Shown here in pieces: positions 29,844 to 39,776 of a DNA stretch of 64,000 nucleotides (position 1 is the first letter of the stretch; each line of letters opens with the position of its first letter). Origin of the DNA: an uncultured Pseudomonadales bacterium (GTDB taxonomy: Bacteria > Patescibacteriota > Microgenomatia > UBA1400 > PJMF01). The notes under the pieces are model-generated. The model had not been told where the DNA came from and searched no databases. It saw only the letters and a program-made list of their open reading frames with translations. A program made the position numbers and the translations under genes. The stretch lies in contig CAZSJW010000001.1 in NCBI GenBank assembly GCA_964607285.1, positions 250,555-314,554 of the forward strand. The letters are read 5' to 3'.

Positions 29844-30941
29844 ATGCGATCACTTGTCCGATCTACAACATGGGTTCAACTTAGTCCTGTACAAATCTTC
29901 GTACTTTTTGCAGTCCTATTTTGCGTCTTGGGTGTACTTTTTGTGTTTGAAGCATCAGTTGCAGAAAGCCAGGCTATAGTTGGACATCCATACCTTTTTG
30001 TTCGTCAACACCTTTTAGGATTAGGTATCGGTGCGATAGCTGCAGTTATCGGGTATCTGGTTCCCACAAAATTTTGGATTACCTGGAGTCATATTATTTT
30101 CTTTTTTTCAGTGCTATTACTCTGTTTAGTGCTTGTACCTGGAATTGGACTTGAATTGAATGGAGCACAACGCTGGCTATCCATTGGTCCACTCACATTC
30201 CAACCCGTTGAGCTTGCAAAGTTTGGAGTTGTAGCCTTCTATTCAGCATGGCTGAGCAAACACCAGAGAATTCAGCCGTTCATTGTCATTACAGGTCTAC
30301 TAGCAGTGCTTGTCATGCTTCAGCCAGATTTAGGTTCATTGTTAGTACTTGGTGGCATAGCTTGTAGTATGTATTTTTTAGCAGGTGGCCAAATAAAGTA
30401 CCTACTTGGTACAGCTGCGGGCATTGTTCCTGCATTAGGACTACTTATTTTCTTCTCACCATACAGATGGCAACGAGTCCAAACGTTTATAAATCCCGAT
30501 TCAGATCCACTCGGCGCGAGTTACCATTTTAGACAAATCACCATTGCCCTCGGGCGTGGCGGTATATTTGGACAGGGTATAGGCAACTCCAGACAACGCT
30601 TCTCATTTATTCCTGAGGCAAGTACCGACTCCATATTTGCAATTATTGCTGAAGAAATTGGATATGTAGGATCGGGCATGTTACTCCTATTTTTTGTAGC
30701 CTTTTTTTGGGTAGGGTATAAAGCAGTGCTTCGCTCTTCAGTAACTGAGCCTGAGCGACTACTAGGACTGGGACTACTCGCATGGCTTAGTCTTCAAAGT
30801 GTGCTAAACCTTAGTGCAGTTGTTGGGTTGGTCCCTCTCACAGGGATACCTTTGCCATTTTTCTCATATGGAAGAACCTCACAAGTCATGATATTGTTTG
30901 CCACAGGCATACTTGCTCGTGTAGCAAAAAAACAACGGTAA
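29844..30941 (+). CDS. ftsW: SEDS-family peptidoglycan glycosyltransferase FtsW
   Basis: Polytopic membrane protein with PEASTDSIFAIIAEEIGYVGSG. Position between mraY and murG. Confidence 0.8.
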   Translation: MRSLVRSTTWVQLSPVQIFVLFAVLFCVLGVLFVFEASVAESQAIVGHPYLFVRQHLLGLGIGAIAAVIGYLVPTKFWITWSHIIFFFSVLLLCLVLVPGIGLELNGAQRWLSIGPLTFQPVELAKFGVVAFYSAWLSKHQRIQPFIVITGLLAVLVMLQPDLGSLLVLGGIACSMYFLAGGQIKYLLGTAAGIVPALGLLIFFSPYRWQRVQTFINPDSDPLGASYHFRQITIALGRGGIFGQGIGNSRQRFSFIPEASTDSIFAIIAEEIGYVGSGMLLLFFVAFFWVGYKAVLRSSVTEPERLLGLGLLAWLSLQSVLNLSAVVGLVPLTGIPLPFFSYGRTSQVMILFATGILARVAKKQR

Positions 30942-30955
30942 CTGTGTGATGCATT

Positions 30956-32071
30956 ATGAAAATCTTACTAACTGGTGGTCATCTGACTCCTGCTTTAGCA
31001 CTCATTGATTACCTCAAGGTACATCTCCCTGAAGCTGAGTTGGTTTTCGTGGGAAGGGAGTACGCTCAATCAAATCGACAAAAAGCACATGAGAGAACGG
31101 AAGTACAAGAACGAAATGTGCCGTTTTTCCCCATTCATTCAGGTAAGTTGGGATTTGCCAACCCAGTCCAATTAATTGGGCAAAGCTTTAGAATAATAGC
31201 TGCAACAATAACATCATTTGTAATCCTGCTAAAACTTAAACCAGACATCTGCGTATCATTCGGAAGTTATTTAGCAGTACCCGTAACACTTGCTGCTTGG
31301 GTCTTAAGAATTCCAGTCCTTACTCATGAACAAACCAAAACAGCTGGTTTCGCAAATCGAGTAATTGGACTCATGGCAAAAAAAATTGCCATAGCGTATC
31401 CTGAAAGCGTACCATTTTTCCCAAGAAAAAAAACTCTACTTACGGGTAATTTGGTACGAGAGCGAGTACTAACACAGTCAAACACAAAACCTGAATGGAT
31501 AACCAATAAAACAGTACTCCCAATCCTGTATATTACTGGTGGAAGTCAAGGGTCAGAAATTATTAATAGCACAATATCACAGTCGCTCAAACGCTTACTG
31601 AAGGGGTGGTGTATCATCCATCAGTGTGGAAACCCCAGTGCGCACCGGGATTATGCTGCCGAATTACGCTTATCTGCAGCCCAACTGCCCAGCAGCTTGC
31701 AACAAAGGTACTATGTGAGAGAGTGGATTTCTGATAGTGACTTAGCTTGGATTTACACCCACGCTACAGCAATAATCTCGCGTGCAGGTGCGAACTCGGT
31801 AGAAGAAATAGCTTTACGAGGAATTCCTGCAATACTAATTCCACTTCCATTCTCTTTACGTGATGAGCAGCTACATAATGCTTTGGCACTGAGTGAAAAG
31901 GGGCAAGCCATGTTACTTCCACAAAAAGATTTGAATCCTGAGACATTGCTTTTGACTATTAGTCAGCTTACAAAAAAAAGTAGGAGCATTAAAGAATCTT
32001 TGAGCGATTATGTAAGTGATTCTAAGACAGCCTTACCAACTGTGACTAAACTGATAACTGAGATTGTGTAA
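30956..32071 (+). CDS. murG: UDP-GlcNAc:lipid I N-acetylglucosaminyltransferase MurG
   Basis: MKILLTGGHLTPALAL and ITGGSQGSEIIN. Confidence 0.85.
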   Translation: MKILLTGGHLTPALALIDYLKVHLPEAELVFVGREYAQSNRQKAHERTEVQERNVPFFPIHSGKLGFANPVQLIGQSFRIIAATITSFVILLKLKPDICVSFGSYLAVPVTLAAWVLRIPVLTHEQTKTAGFANRVIGLMAKKIAIAYPESVPFFPRKKTLLTGNLVRERVLTQSNTKPEWITNKTVLPILYITGGSQGSEIINSTISQSLKRLLKGWCIIHQCGNPSAHRDYAAELRLSAAQLPSSLQQRYYVREWISDSDLAWIYTHATAIISRAGANSVEEIALRGIPAILIPLPFSLRDEQLHNALALSEKGQAMLLPQKDLNPETLLLTISQLTKKSRSIKESLSDYVSDSKTALPTVTKLITEIV

Positions 32072-32094
32072 GTAGCCTTTATAAACTAGTACGC

Positions 32095-32802
32095 ATGAAA
32101 ACTATCATAAGTAAGATTTTTATTATTTGTATTGCTGTCACTTTTTTGTTTTGCATGCTTCGATACGTTGTTGTTGTCCACACAATTACTTGTTCAGTAA
32201 CAGACACAAGCGAACCTTGTCCAAACGAAGTAGTCTCAGATCTTCAAGTGTTGCTTGGAAACCCATTACTTTTTTCAAATCTTCCCACTGCAATTGAGTC
32301 GAGTATTTCAACTCAAGCATATGTATTGAACGGTTACAACCGACAACTACCTAACACCCTTGAAGTGCAACTGCACACAGCTGAGTATGAATTCGGAATC
32401 TCTACTGCAAAACGCAGTTTTACAGTCACCACAACTGGCAACATCCTTGAGAGACCAATCCCCTCCGAATTGCCTACTATTCATATGGAAAACAACTCTA
32501 TCTCAGAGCACACTCTTCCTTCAAATGAAATTATCACAATAGGGGAAACAGCGCTTAGCACATTATCTGCAATTAACCTCCCTTACAAATCAATACGGTA
32601 TGTATCTGACCAAGAAATGAAAATCGAATTGCAGGATACACCGATAACAGTTATAGTAGATCCCACAAGTGCTGAAGAGCAAATCAAATCTGTCCCACTT
32701 ATTCTGCAAAGTACTCAGGTTCAAACAATACCAGAGAAAATAATTGAACTTGATTTGCGATTTAACTTGCCCGTCATTCGTACCTCAGTACTAACAGAAT
32801 GA
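32095..32802 (+). CDS. ftsQ: FtsQ/DivIB-like division protein (TM plus POTRA)
   Basis: N-terminal TM, then a POTRA-like pattern (VTDTSEPCPNEVVSDLQVLLGNPLLFSNLP...RQLPNTLEVQLHTAE). Position between murG and ftsA. Confidence 0.5.
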   Translation: MKTIISKIFIICIAVTFLFCMLRYVVVVHTITCSVTDTSEPCPNEVVSDLQVLLGNPLLFSNLPTAIESSISTQAYVLNGYNRQLPNTLEVQLHTAEYEFGISTAKRSFTVTTTGNILERPIPSELPTIHMENNSISEHTLPSNEIITIGETALSTLSAINLPYKSIRYVSDQEMKIELQDTPITVIVDPTSAEEQIKSVPLILQSTQVQTIPEKIIELDLRFNLPVIRTSVLTE

Positions 32803-32874
32803 CAAGTGATGCAACATCTCAGACTGCAGTTTCCCAAACTGCGGCAACTCTGATATGCTTAGCAGACTGAAACT

Positions 32875-34200
32875 ATGGCTCAAACTTCTGTAATTACCGC
32901 GATTGATGTTGGGACTGATAAGTGCGTCACACTGATTGCATCTTTAGTACCCAACACGAACGAACTGCGAGTCTTGGGGGTCTCTGCCGTACCTTCCAAA
33001 GGCATGCGTAAAAGTCAGATCATTGACTTAGAACAAGTTCTCTCCACCATTACCGAAAGCTTGGATGGCGCAGAGCGTATGGCAGGCATGGATATAAAGA
33101 GTGCCTATGTATCAGTTTCAGGAGCACACATTGGTTCTTTGAACTCTAAAGGAGTTGTTGCTGTTGCTGCACCAGACCAGGAAATTATTCAAGAAGATGT
33201 AAACCGTGTTATTGAGGCAGCAAGAGCAATTTCGCTGTCTTCTGACAGAGAAATAATTCATGTCATTCCTAAGAATTTCAAAGTAGATTCACAGGATGGC
33301 ATAAAGGACCCCGTCGGCATGACGGGAGTACGGCTTGAGTCTGAAGCCCACATAATCACTGGTATGTCTACAGCCCTCCGCAATTTAGAAAAGTGCATGC
33401 ATGATCTTGGTCTGACCGTGGATGGTTTTGTGTTTGCTGGGCTTGCTGCAGCTGAAGTTGTACTCTCGGATACAGAGAAAGAACTAGGAATTGCAGTGAT
33501 CGATATTGGGGCGGGCAGCACTTCGCTTTGTGTATATGTGGATGGATCACTTGAGTTTACTACTTGCCTACCTGTAGGGGCACGGCACATAACACAAGAT
33601 ATAGCCCTTGGTTGCCGCGTAAGTATTGATACAGCTGAAAAAATAAAGATAGCGCTTTCAGCGGAAGTTCAGAAACCACTACTACCACATGCTGGAGAGT
33701 CCAAAGCAGAGTTTAATAAAAGGCGCAAAAAAGCTGATGAACTTAAACTGGCTGACATTGAGCAATCGGAGAGCACAGAAGTTCTCTCAAAACGTGATAT
33801 TCTTGAGGGAATTATGCTTCCTCGGATGCAAGAGATATTTTCTCTGGTTTCTGAAAAGCTCAAAGCACAGAATTTGCTATCCTCCATTCCTGCTGGTGTA
33901 GTAATCTCTGGTGGTGGGGCTGAAACTGCTCAAATTGCAGAAGTTGCAAAACGGGAACTCAATTTACCTGCTCGAATAGGGAAACCTGTAGAGCTGCAAG
34001 GATTAATCACAGACATTCATAAACCATCATACGCAGCAAGTGTCGGTCTGCTCATGCATGGTAAAAAACGAGGCAGCAGTGTGCCACCAAGTACATTGGG
34101 AGGCATTTCTGCTTTTTTCAAAGCCTCTCAACATACTGGTGGGGCTAATGGTTCTCTAGTACAAAAAATCATTTCATTTGCCAAGTCATTTTTGCCGTAA
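32875..34200 (+). CDS. ftsA: Cell division protein FtsA
   Basis: Actin-like ATPase: ITAIDVGTDKCV, IDIGAGSTSL, VISGGGAETAQIAEV. C-terminal amphipathic helix LVQKIISFAKSFL. Confidence 0.85.
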   Translation: MAQTSVITAIDVGTDKCVTLIASLVPNTNELRVLGVSAVPSKGMRKSQIIDLEQVLSTITESLDGAERMAGMDIKSAYVSVSGAHIGSLNSKGVVAVAAPDQEIIQEDVNRVIEAARAISLSSDREIIHVIPKNFKVDSQDGIKDPVGMTGVRLESEAHIITGMSTALRNLEKCMHDLGLTVDGFVFAGLAAAEVVLSDTEKELGIAVIDIGAGSTSLCVYVDGSLEFTTCLPVGARHITQDIALGCRVSIDTAEKIKIALSAEVQKPLLPHAGESKAEFNKRRKKADELKLADIEQSESTEVLSKRDILEGIMLPRMQEIFSLVSEKLKAQNLLSSIPAGVVISGGGAETAQIAEVAKRELNLPARIGKPVELQGLITDIHKPSYAASVGLLMHGKKRGSSVPPSTLGGISAFFKASQHTGGANGSLVQKIISFAKSFLP

Positions 34201-34326
34201 AACGTACAAGCTATATACACAGATAACTTTGTTCCAAGGTGTTTAAACCGAAAGCAAGCTTTGCAATCCTCACGAAACAGTGATACACTTTGAGCCGAAT
34301 AGTAGATAGTATTTTTAAGCGATGTT

Positions 34327-35649
34327 ATGGCATTAGTCAAACCTTCAAACACAACCTTCGCAAAGATAAAAGTTATAGGTGTTGGGGGTGGTGGTGGTAA
34401 TGCGGTTAACTCAATGATTTCTTCAAACCAAATTCAAGGTGTGGAGTTTATTACAGTAAACACTGATGCTCAGGCTTTACTGACGTCAAAAGCAGACACC
34501 AAGCTGCAAATCGGCTCAAACTTCACTAAAGGTTTGGGTTCAGGAGCAGACCCAGAGGTTGGGCGGACAGCAGCCGAGGAATCATATGAGAAATTGAAAG
34601 ATCTTCTTTACGACACAGACATGATTTTCATCACAGCAGGTATGGGTGGTGGCACAGGAACTGGTGCTTCTCCTATTATTGCTGAAATTGCCAAAGAGAG
34701 TGGAGCACTGACAGTAGCAGTGGTCACCAAACCATTTGCCTTCGAGGGTGTCCGACGTATGCGCACCGCAGAAGATGGCATCGCTTCACTAAAAGAAACT
34801 GTAGACACTCTCATTGTTATCCCTAATCAACGTTTGATGGATGTAGTTGATAAAAAAATGACCTTACTAGATGCATTTCGCCTTGCGGACAACGTTCTTG
34901 GTCAAGGAGTACAAGGCATTTCTGACCTTATTACTGTACCAGGTCTGATCAACGTAGACTTTGCAGACGTCAAAACTATCATGACTGAGTCGGGATCAGC
35001 TCTGATGGGAATAGGAGAAGCTAGCGGTGAAAATAGAGCTGCAACCGCAGCTCGTATGGCAATCGCCTCACCACTTCTGGAAGTCTCTATTGATGGTGCA
35101 AAGGGCATTCTCTACAACATCATTGGTGGTGAAGATATGACTATGACAGAAGTTTCAGATGCTTCAGCAATTATAGCTAATGCTGCTGATCCAGATGCAA
35201 ACATAATTTTTGGTGCAACCATAAACGAGAACATGGGTACTAACATCAAAATTAGCGTCATTGCCACTGGATTTGACGACCGACAAATGGGATATGCAAA
35301 TTCCAACCGACCTCTATTTGGAGCATACAGCAGAGACTCCAGGAGTCGATTAGGAGCACAGCGTGCGGATCAGCAACCACCTGAACCAACAGAGCCCACA
35401 CAACCTAGGATAGACAGAGCTCCTTCTGGTTTTACACAACCTCTCACAACTTCACAAATTTCTTCTCAAAATTTATCTATGGCAACATCTGACCCTTTCG
35501 TAAGATCTCAAGCTTTTGGTGATCAAGTAGGAAATCAAACTCAACAAAAATCATCTGCTGTAGATACCAACCAAGATGAGGATTCTGATACAGATTCCAC
35601 AGCGTTTGATGACGAGTTTGAGATTCCAGCCTTCTTGAGAAAGAAGTAG
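34327..35649 (+). CDS. ftsZ: Cell division GTPase FtsZ
   Basis: [11 protein letters not shown] and the tubulin signature [10 protein letters not shown]. Long disordered linker, then the conserved C-terminal peptide [13 protein letters not shown]. Confidence 0.95.
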   Translation: MALVKPSNTTFAKIKVIGVGGGGGNAVNSMISSNQIQGVEFITVNTDAQALLTSKADTKLQIGSNFTKGLGSGADPEVGRTAAEESYEKLKDLLYDTDMIFITAGMGGGTGTGASPIIAEIAKESGALTVAVVTKPFAFEGVRRMRTAEDGIASLKETVDTLIVIPNQRLMDVVDKKMTLLDAFRLADNVLGQGVQGISDLITVPGLINVDFADVKTIMTESGSALMGIGEASGENRAATAARMAIASPLLEVSIDGAKGILYNIIGGEDMTMTEVSDASAIIANAADPDANIIFGATINENMGTNIKISVIATGFDDRQMGYANSNRPLFGAYSRDSRSRLGAQRADQQPPEPTEPTQPRIDRAPSGFTQPLTTSQISSQNLSMATSDPFVRSQAFGDQVGNQTQQKSSAVDTNQDEDSDTDSTAFDDEFEIPAFLRKK

Positions 35650-35674
35650 CGTACAAAGTTGAAAAAACTACTAT

Positions 35675-36250
35675 ATGGCAGTACCCACAGAGTTATTTGG
35701 TAAAGGTGAGTGTGCATTCGATTTTTATACCTGGGCTAAAAATGATGGTTCGTTTTCATGGGTTTCCTATGCAGTTCTGGTTGGCATTCTCAATGGATGC
35801 CCACGACCAAGAACTAATGTCGAAAAAAAAGTCACACATACTTTTGGACCTGAAAGTTCTGCCAAAGCATATGTAAAAGACCATCTGCCACAAAATTTTT
35901 GGTGGGGGTGGTTGTTAGATACTATGAAACAACATAACCCCGTGTTGCATACTGCCTGGATTGAGTACAGCGAACCAGTTCCATCTGACATCAAGTATGA
36001 GCCTGAAAATGTGCCCGCAAACTTCTTGAATAATCCTATTCGATTATTAGCTACAGATGCAGCTTACTCACTGATTCTGGGCATACATCAAAGACTAACG
36101 AGCGAAAAACATGTTCTATATGAGTTTACTGACATCATGGATGTGGTGTATCAAGAGCTACTGGTTGCTACCACCGTTGAGACATTTGTTGCGAACGTCA
36201 CACACATACTGAATGACAAGTTTCCTGTTCACCCTGAAGCGTCATCTTAA
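35675..36250 (+). CDS. Hypothetical protein (191 aa)
   Basis: Intact ORF immediately after ftsZ. No motif recognised. Confidence 0.4.
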   Translation: MAVPTELFGKGECAFDFYTWAKNDGSFSWVSYAVLVGILNGCPRPRTNVEKKVTHTFGPESSAKAYVKDHLPQNFWWGWLLDTMKQHNPVLHTAWIEYSEPVPSDIKYEPENVPANFLNNPIRLLATDAAYSLILGIHQRLTSEKHVLYEFTDIMDVVYQELLVATTVETFVANVTHILNDKFPVHPEASS

Positions 36251-36361
36251 AACGATTGATCAACATTTTTTGTTGCAATTTATGCAGTCATCTGCAGTTT
36301 GCATATCCCAATAGTTTTGTTATAATCAGCTCAGAAATAGTAGTAACTACTCATATCAACT

Positions 36362-37206
36362 ATGCGCTTCATCGAATCCATTCGCTTATACCTCAATAGG
36401 AAAGAAAATAGCCAACAGGCTCCTGATGATTCTGGTGCTACAGATCTAGGAGTGCAGCTATTTCAAGATATGGCAAGTAAGTTACAGGCTGACAATCAAG
36501 GTTTAAAAGATGAGGTAGCTCAGCGAAATGCAGCAATTTCACAACTCAAGCTGGAGTATGCAGTAAAATTGCCGAACTTGAATCACTTCTTGCACAAAGT
36601 GTGCAATATCCACAGCAACCTAACGAATTTGGAACTGTCATTGCTCTGACAGAATCACAATCCAATCTGAATCTTGCTGTACAAATCGCTCATGAACAGC
36701 AAGAAACACCTGCAAAGTATGAAACGCTTCTCAAACAGTTCATTGCAGAAGTAGAGCAGTTGCCAACTGACACTGACAGCTGGTTTTCATACTTTATCAA
36801 TATTTGGTCAAAAGAGTTTCCTGTCAGTATATCTTTTCGATTTAGAAATCAAAATGGACTGGAGCAGCTGGATTTTCTGGTGGTGGGAAACAGTGGTGCT
36901 GAACAAAAAGTGCTCACTTGCTCAAGAATTATTGGAGCGAAAACAGCTGAATTTACTGTTACTGAACATAGTAAACACCAACTTGAAAAAGTTGTTGCCT
37001 TTTGCGTGGGGCTTGCGGAACAGTGTGCGAGTACTCAAACCTCCGCGATCTCAATTTTGCAACATTTCGATCATACAAAAACTACCACCCTCATGGGGTA
37101 TTCAGCCGATAAACCAGGAATACTGGCCGTTGAGCAACCAGCTACTAGAATGAACAACCAACTGAATCTAATGCACCTACTGCATGAATTTGGGAAAAAT
37201 TTGTAG
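36362..37206 (+). pseudogene. Coiled-coil protein gene split by an apparent single-base frameshift at an A4 run near 36564-36567. The two ORFs 36362-36649 and 36601-37206 read through as one ~282-aa product.
   Basis: Frame 2 reads ...ISQLKLEYAVK and frame 1 continues IAELESLLAQSVQYPQQ... The second frame is open from 36514 and the second ORF starts only with GTG. One extra A in gtAAAAtt would fuse them. Confidence 0.4.
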
Positions 37207-37227
37207 CTGCAGTGCTATACTTTCCCT

Positions 37228-37977
37228 ATGGAAACTGAACAATATACCCCGTTACGCTTGCCAGAGCTGGCAGCGAAACTGCTAAAAGAACTTGGTCCCG
37301 CCAGTGAAATACTCTGTGATATCAATGATCAAGGTTTTGTCACACTTACGACTAATCATGGAGTGGTATTAAATTCTTTACTTACTCCAAAATCCAAAAT
37401 TAAACAGGATGAGAAAAGAAATTCATATACGGGATGGTGGTTTGGAGATACACTTCATATAAATGCTAGGGATGCGGTCAAACATACAGTTGGTAAAGCA
37501 ATTCTTGCACATGAATTCGGTCATAATGATATATGGTTACAGAGATATGATCATGATGAAGTCTTAGAAATGCAACTATTAAATAGCTATTCAAGGTCGG
37601 GTGAACCACTAGAAAATTTGGTTTCACAAATTAGCAAAGTAGCACGTATTGTAATTACGACAGAGTTAGAAGCATGGGAAAGCGGTATTCCTGTAGCAAA
37701 ACTGATCGGCGTACCTGAGCGAGTTTTTGAAAGTGTTCGCGCGAAAGCCTTAGAGCTGTCATTTCTGACAACACTTGAGACACTTGCTGAGAGGTTAGAA
37801 TTTTTTGTTCTCAGTAACAATCAATTTCATAGCGATTTTTTGACACAATCAATGGAAATCTTTCATCCTTTCGAGGGGGAGCAAGTTAAGTCAATTGGTG
37901 AACTCATTGATACAAAGCTTACAAAAAAAATGATTGAGGACGGCGAGCATCAACTGCAATTGTTACTCGAGAAATAA
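37228..37977 (+). CDS. Hypothetical protein with an HExxH motif (possible zinc metallopeptidase-like)
   Basis: AILAHEFGHNDIWLQRYDHDE has an HEFGH zincin-type motif, with acidic residues 12-16 aa downstream as a possible third ligand. No other similarity recognised. Confidence 0.35.
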   Translation: METEQYTPLRLPELAAKLLKELGPASEILCDINDQGFVTLTTNHGVVLNSLLTPKSKIKQDEKRNSYTGWWFGDTLHINARDAVKHTVGKAILAHEFGHNDIWLQRYDHDEVLEMQLLNSYSRSGEPLENLVSQISKVARIVITTELEAWESGIPVAKLIGVPERVFESVRAKALELSFLTTLETLAERLEFFVLSNNQFHSDFLTQSMEIFHPFEGEQVKSIGELIDTKLTKKMIEDGEHQLQLLLEK

Positions 37978-38082
37978 TCAGGGACACTTTCTGAGTGTAT
38001 GTTGGAATCTATCTACTCAGTCAGCAATCTAGTGCAATACTTCTGTTGATCTTAATACAATGAGTAGATACCGACACTTCAG

Positions 38083-39687
38083 CTAGCGTGCCTCTGCAAT
38101 CAAGTCCGGATGTTCTTTATCGATATACCAGTAATAAATAATTTCTAGCAATCTTCCAAAGTATTTTTCTGCATAACTGTCTTCTGCATCATCTGGATCT
38201 GGGTAGTATGTTCTCAAGAACTGCATAGCCATTGTGATTAGTACTTCCCTGTTCTGATCTTCGAGTGGCAACCGCAACACTGCCTCGGCAAACGCACCTA
38301 CGTTTCTCAGTTTAAGTCTGTTAAGGACAACACCAATCAGTAAACAATGATTAAAATTGTCTTCTCTCAATTCAAAGCTTAAAGCTCTGTACAATCCCAA
38401 CAACGTTGAGAACTCACTCGGTTTTCCTTGATCGTGCTCAACAACCTCAAGAGCATTGTTCATACTTCGCAAGGTAACGTCTGAAATTGCATTATTGTGG
38501 GCTCTCAAAGCTGCTTTTGTGGTTGCATCCACAAATGGTAACAACGGAACCACAAAGGCTGGATTGTGATCCGAAATTGAAGGGTCAATAGCTATTAGAT
38601 CTTTGAAAACCTGCATCAGTTCAACCAGTTCACTGGAGTTTAGTTGGAGAATGTTTTTTGAATCTTTGCACACTTCCAAGAAACCATTAAAAATAATTCC
38701 TGCATACTTAGGTAGGTTAAATCGATCTCGCTGTAACATAGCTCGTACCTCTTGAGGATCCAGTACTGCTACAATATCAGATACAGTTGCTTCAGACTGA
38801 TCATCTGTCCCAAGGGTATCAGCAAACTTGCTGAGGAGGGTGTTCCTGATCGCAAGTATTGCACTTTTCATTTCTGCAAAAATCACAGGGAAGGCGAGAT
38901 CGTTTACTCCAGGTTTTAGTTCTGTTCTATCCAAATATTTATGAATTCCTGGAATTGGCTTATCTTCATTCCTAGCTAATCGAACCAAGTGCTTGTAGTC
39001 AGAGAGCAACTCAAAAAAATTTTCAGCTCGTTTTTCATTTGTAAAGCGTGACAAACTACAGTCTTCAAAGGCCCTGATAATCAAGGCGGCTTGTTGCTCC
39101 GTAGTCAACTCTTCCCGTGCGCAAAGAGAGATGACCCTATACGAATCTTCCTCTTGCCATGAGTGCTTGGTCATTCTTAGGGAGACTGCAACTAAATCAG
39201 AAAATAATTGAAAAACACTGTCGTCATTCTGCTTTGTGTTTCTGGGAAACTTAACTTCGCCCGCAATATACTCTATCCATGCTTCAATCTTTTCACGGAG
39301 AGCACGGGTAATCAAGGCATCTGATCTACAGAGTGCAGCCAGTGCATGTGCAAGTCCTTTTGAGAAAGTGTTCACGTATCGATTTTTATCTTTCTCAGAC
39401 CAATCAACCCAGTCTGTAAACGACTCTTTAAACTGAATTATAAGAGTTTCTAAGTCTACCGTGAATGAGGCGCCACTAGATTCACGACCTCCACCCTGCA
39501 TTTCCATAATCTGTCCAATGGTTTCAAAATCCTGAAGAAATTTTTTTTCAATCCTTGCTACATCACCACGATTTGCTCGCACTTTTCCAGTCAGATGTTG
39601 GTGCAGTTCCTGCAATTCATTCCGCAATTGTGGTAGTACCCGCTTATAAATGAATGAAGGATGCTCTGTATACTCTGGTGATTTCAT
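38083..39687 (-). CDS. Hypothetical protein (534 aa, predicted all-alpha, cytoplasmic)
   Basis: Long intact minus-strand ORF. Divergent from the ileS leader. No recognisable domain. Confidence 0.5.
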   Translation of the reverse strand: MKSPEYTEHPSFIYKRVLPQLRNELQELHQHLTGKVRANRGDVARIEKKFLQDFETIGQIMEMQGGGRESSGASFTVDLETLIIQFKESFTDWVDWSEKDKNRYVNTFSKGLAHALAALCRSDALITRALREKIEAWIEYIAGEVKFPRNTKQNDDSVFQLFSDLVAVSLRMTKHSWQEEDSYRVISLCAREELTTEQQAALIIRAFEDCSLSRFTNEKRAENFFELLSDYKHLVRLARNEDKPIPGIHKYLDRTELKPGVNDLAFPVIFAEMKSAILAIRNTLLSKFADTLGTDDQSEATVSDIVAVLDPQEVRAMLQRDRFNLPKYAGIIFNGFLEVCKDSKNILQLNSSELVELMQVFKDLIAIDPSISDHNPAFVVPLLPFVDATTKAALRAHNNAISDVTLRSMNNALEVVEHDQGKPSEFSTLLGLYRALSFELREDNFNHCLLIGVVLNRLKLRNVGAFAEAVLRLPLEDQNREVLITMAMQFLRTYYPDPDDAEDSYAEKYFGRLLEIIYYWYIDKEHPDLIAEAR

Positions 39688-39741
39688 GCGACATTTCTCT
39701 ATTTAAAACTTAATAGCTGAATTATACTGACGTTTTTTTGG

Positions 39742-39770
39742 TTGACAACAGGTGTTTATCATGTGACAAT
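39742..39770 (+). promoter_or_regulatory. Sigma70-type promoter: TTGACA, 17-bp spacer, extended -10 TGtGACAAT
   Basis: gTTGACAacaggtgtttatcaTGtGACAATacg, about 225 nt upstream of the ileS ATG. Confidence 0.45.
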
Positions 39771-39776
39771 ACGAAC

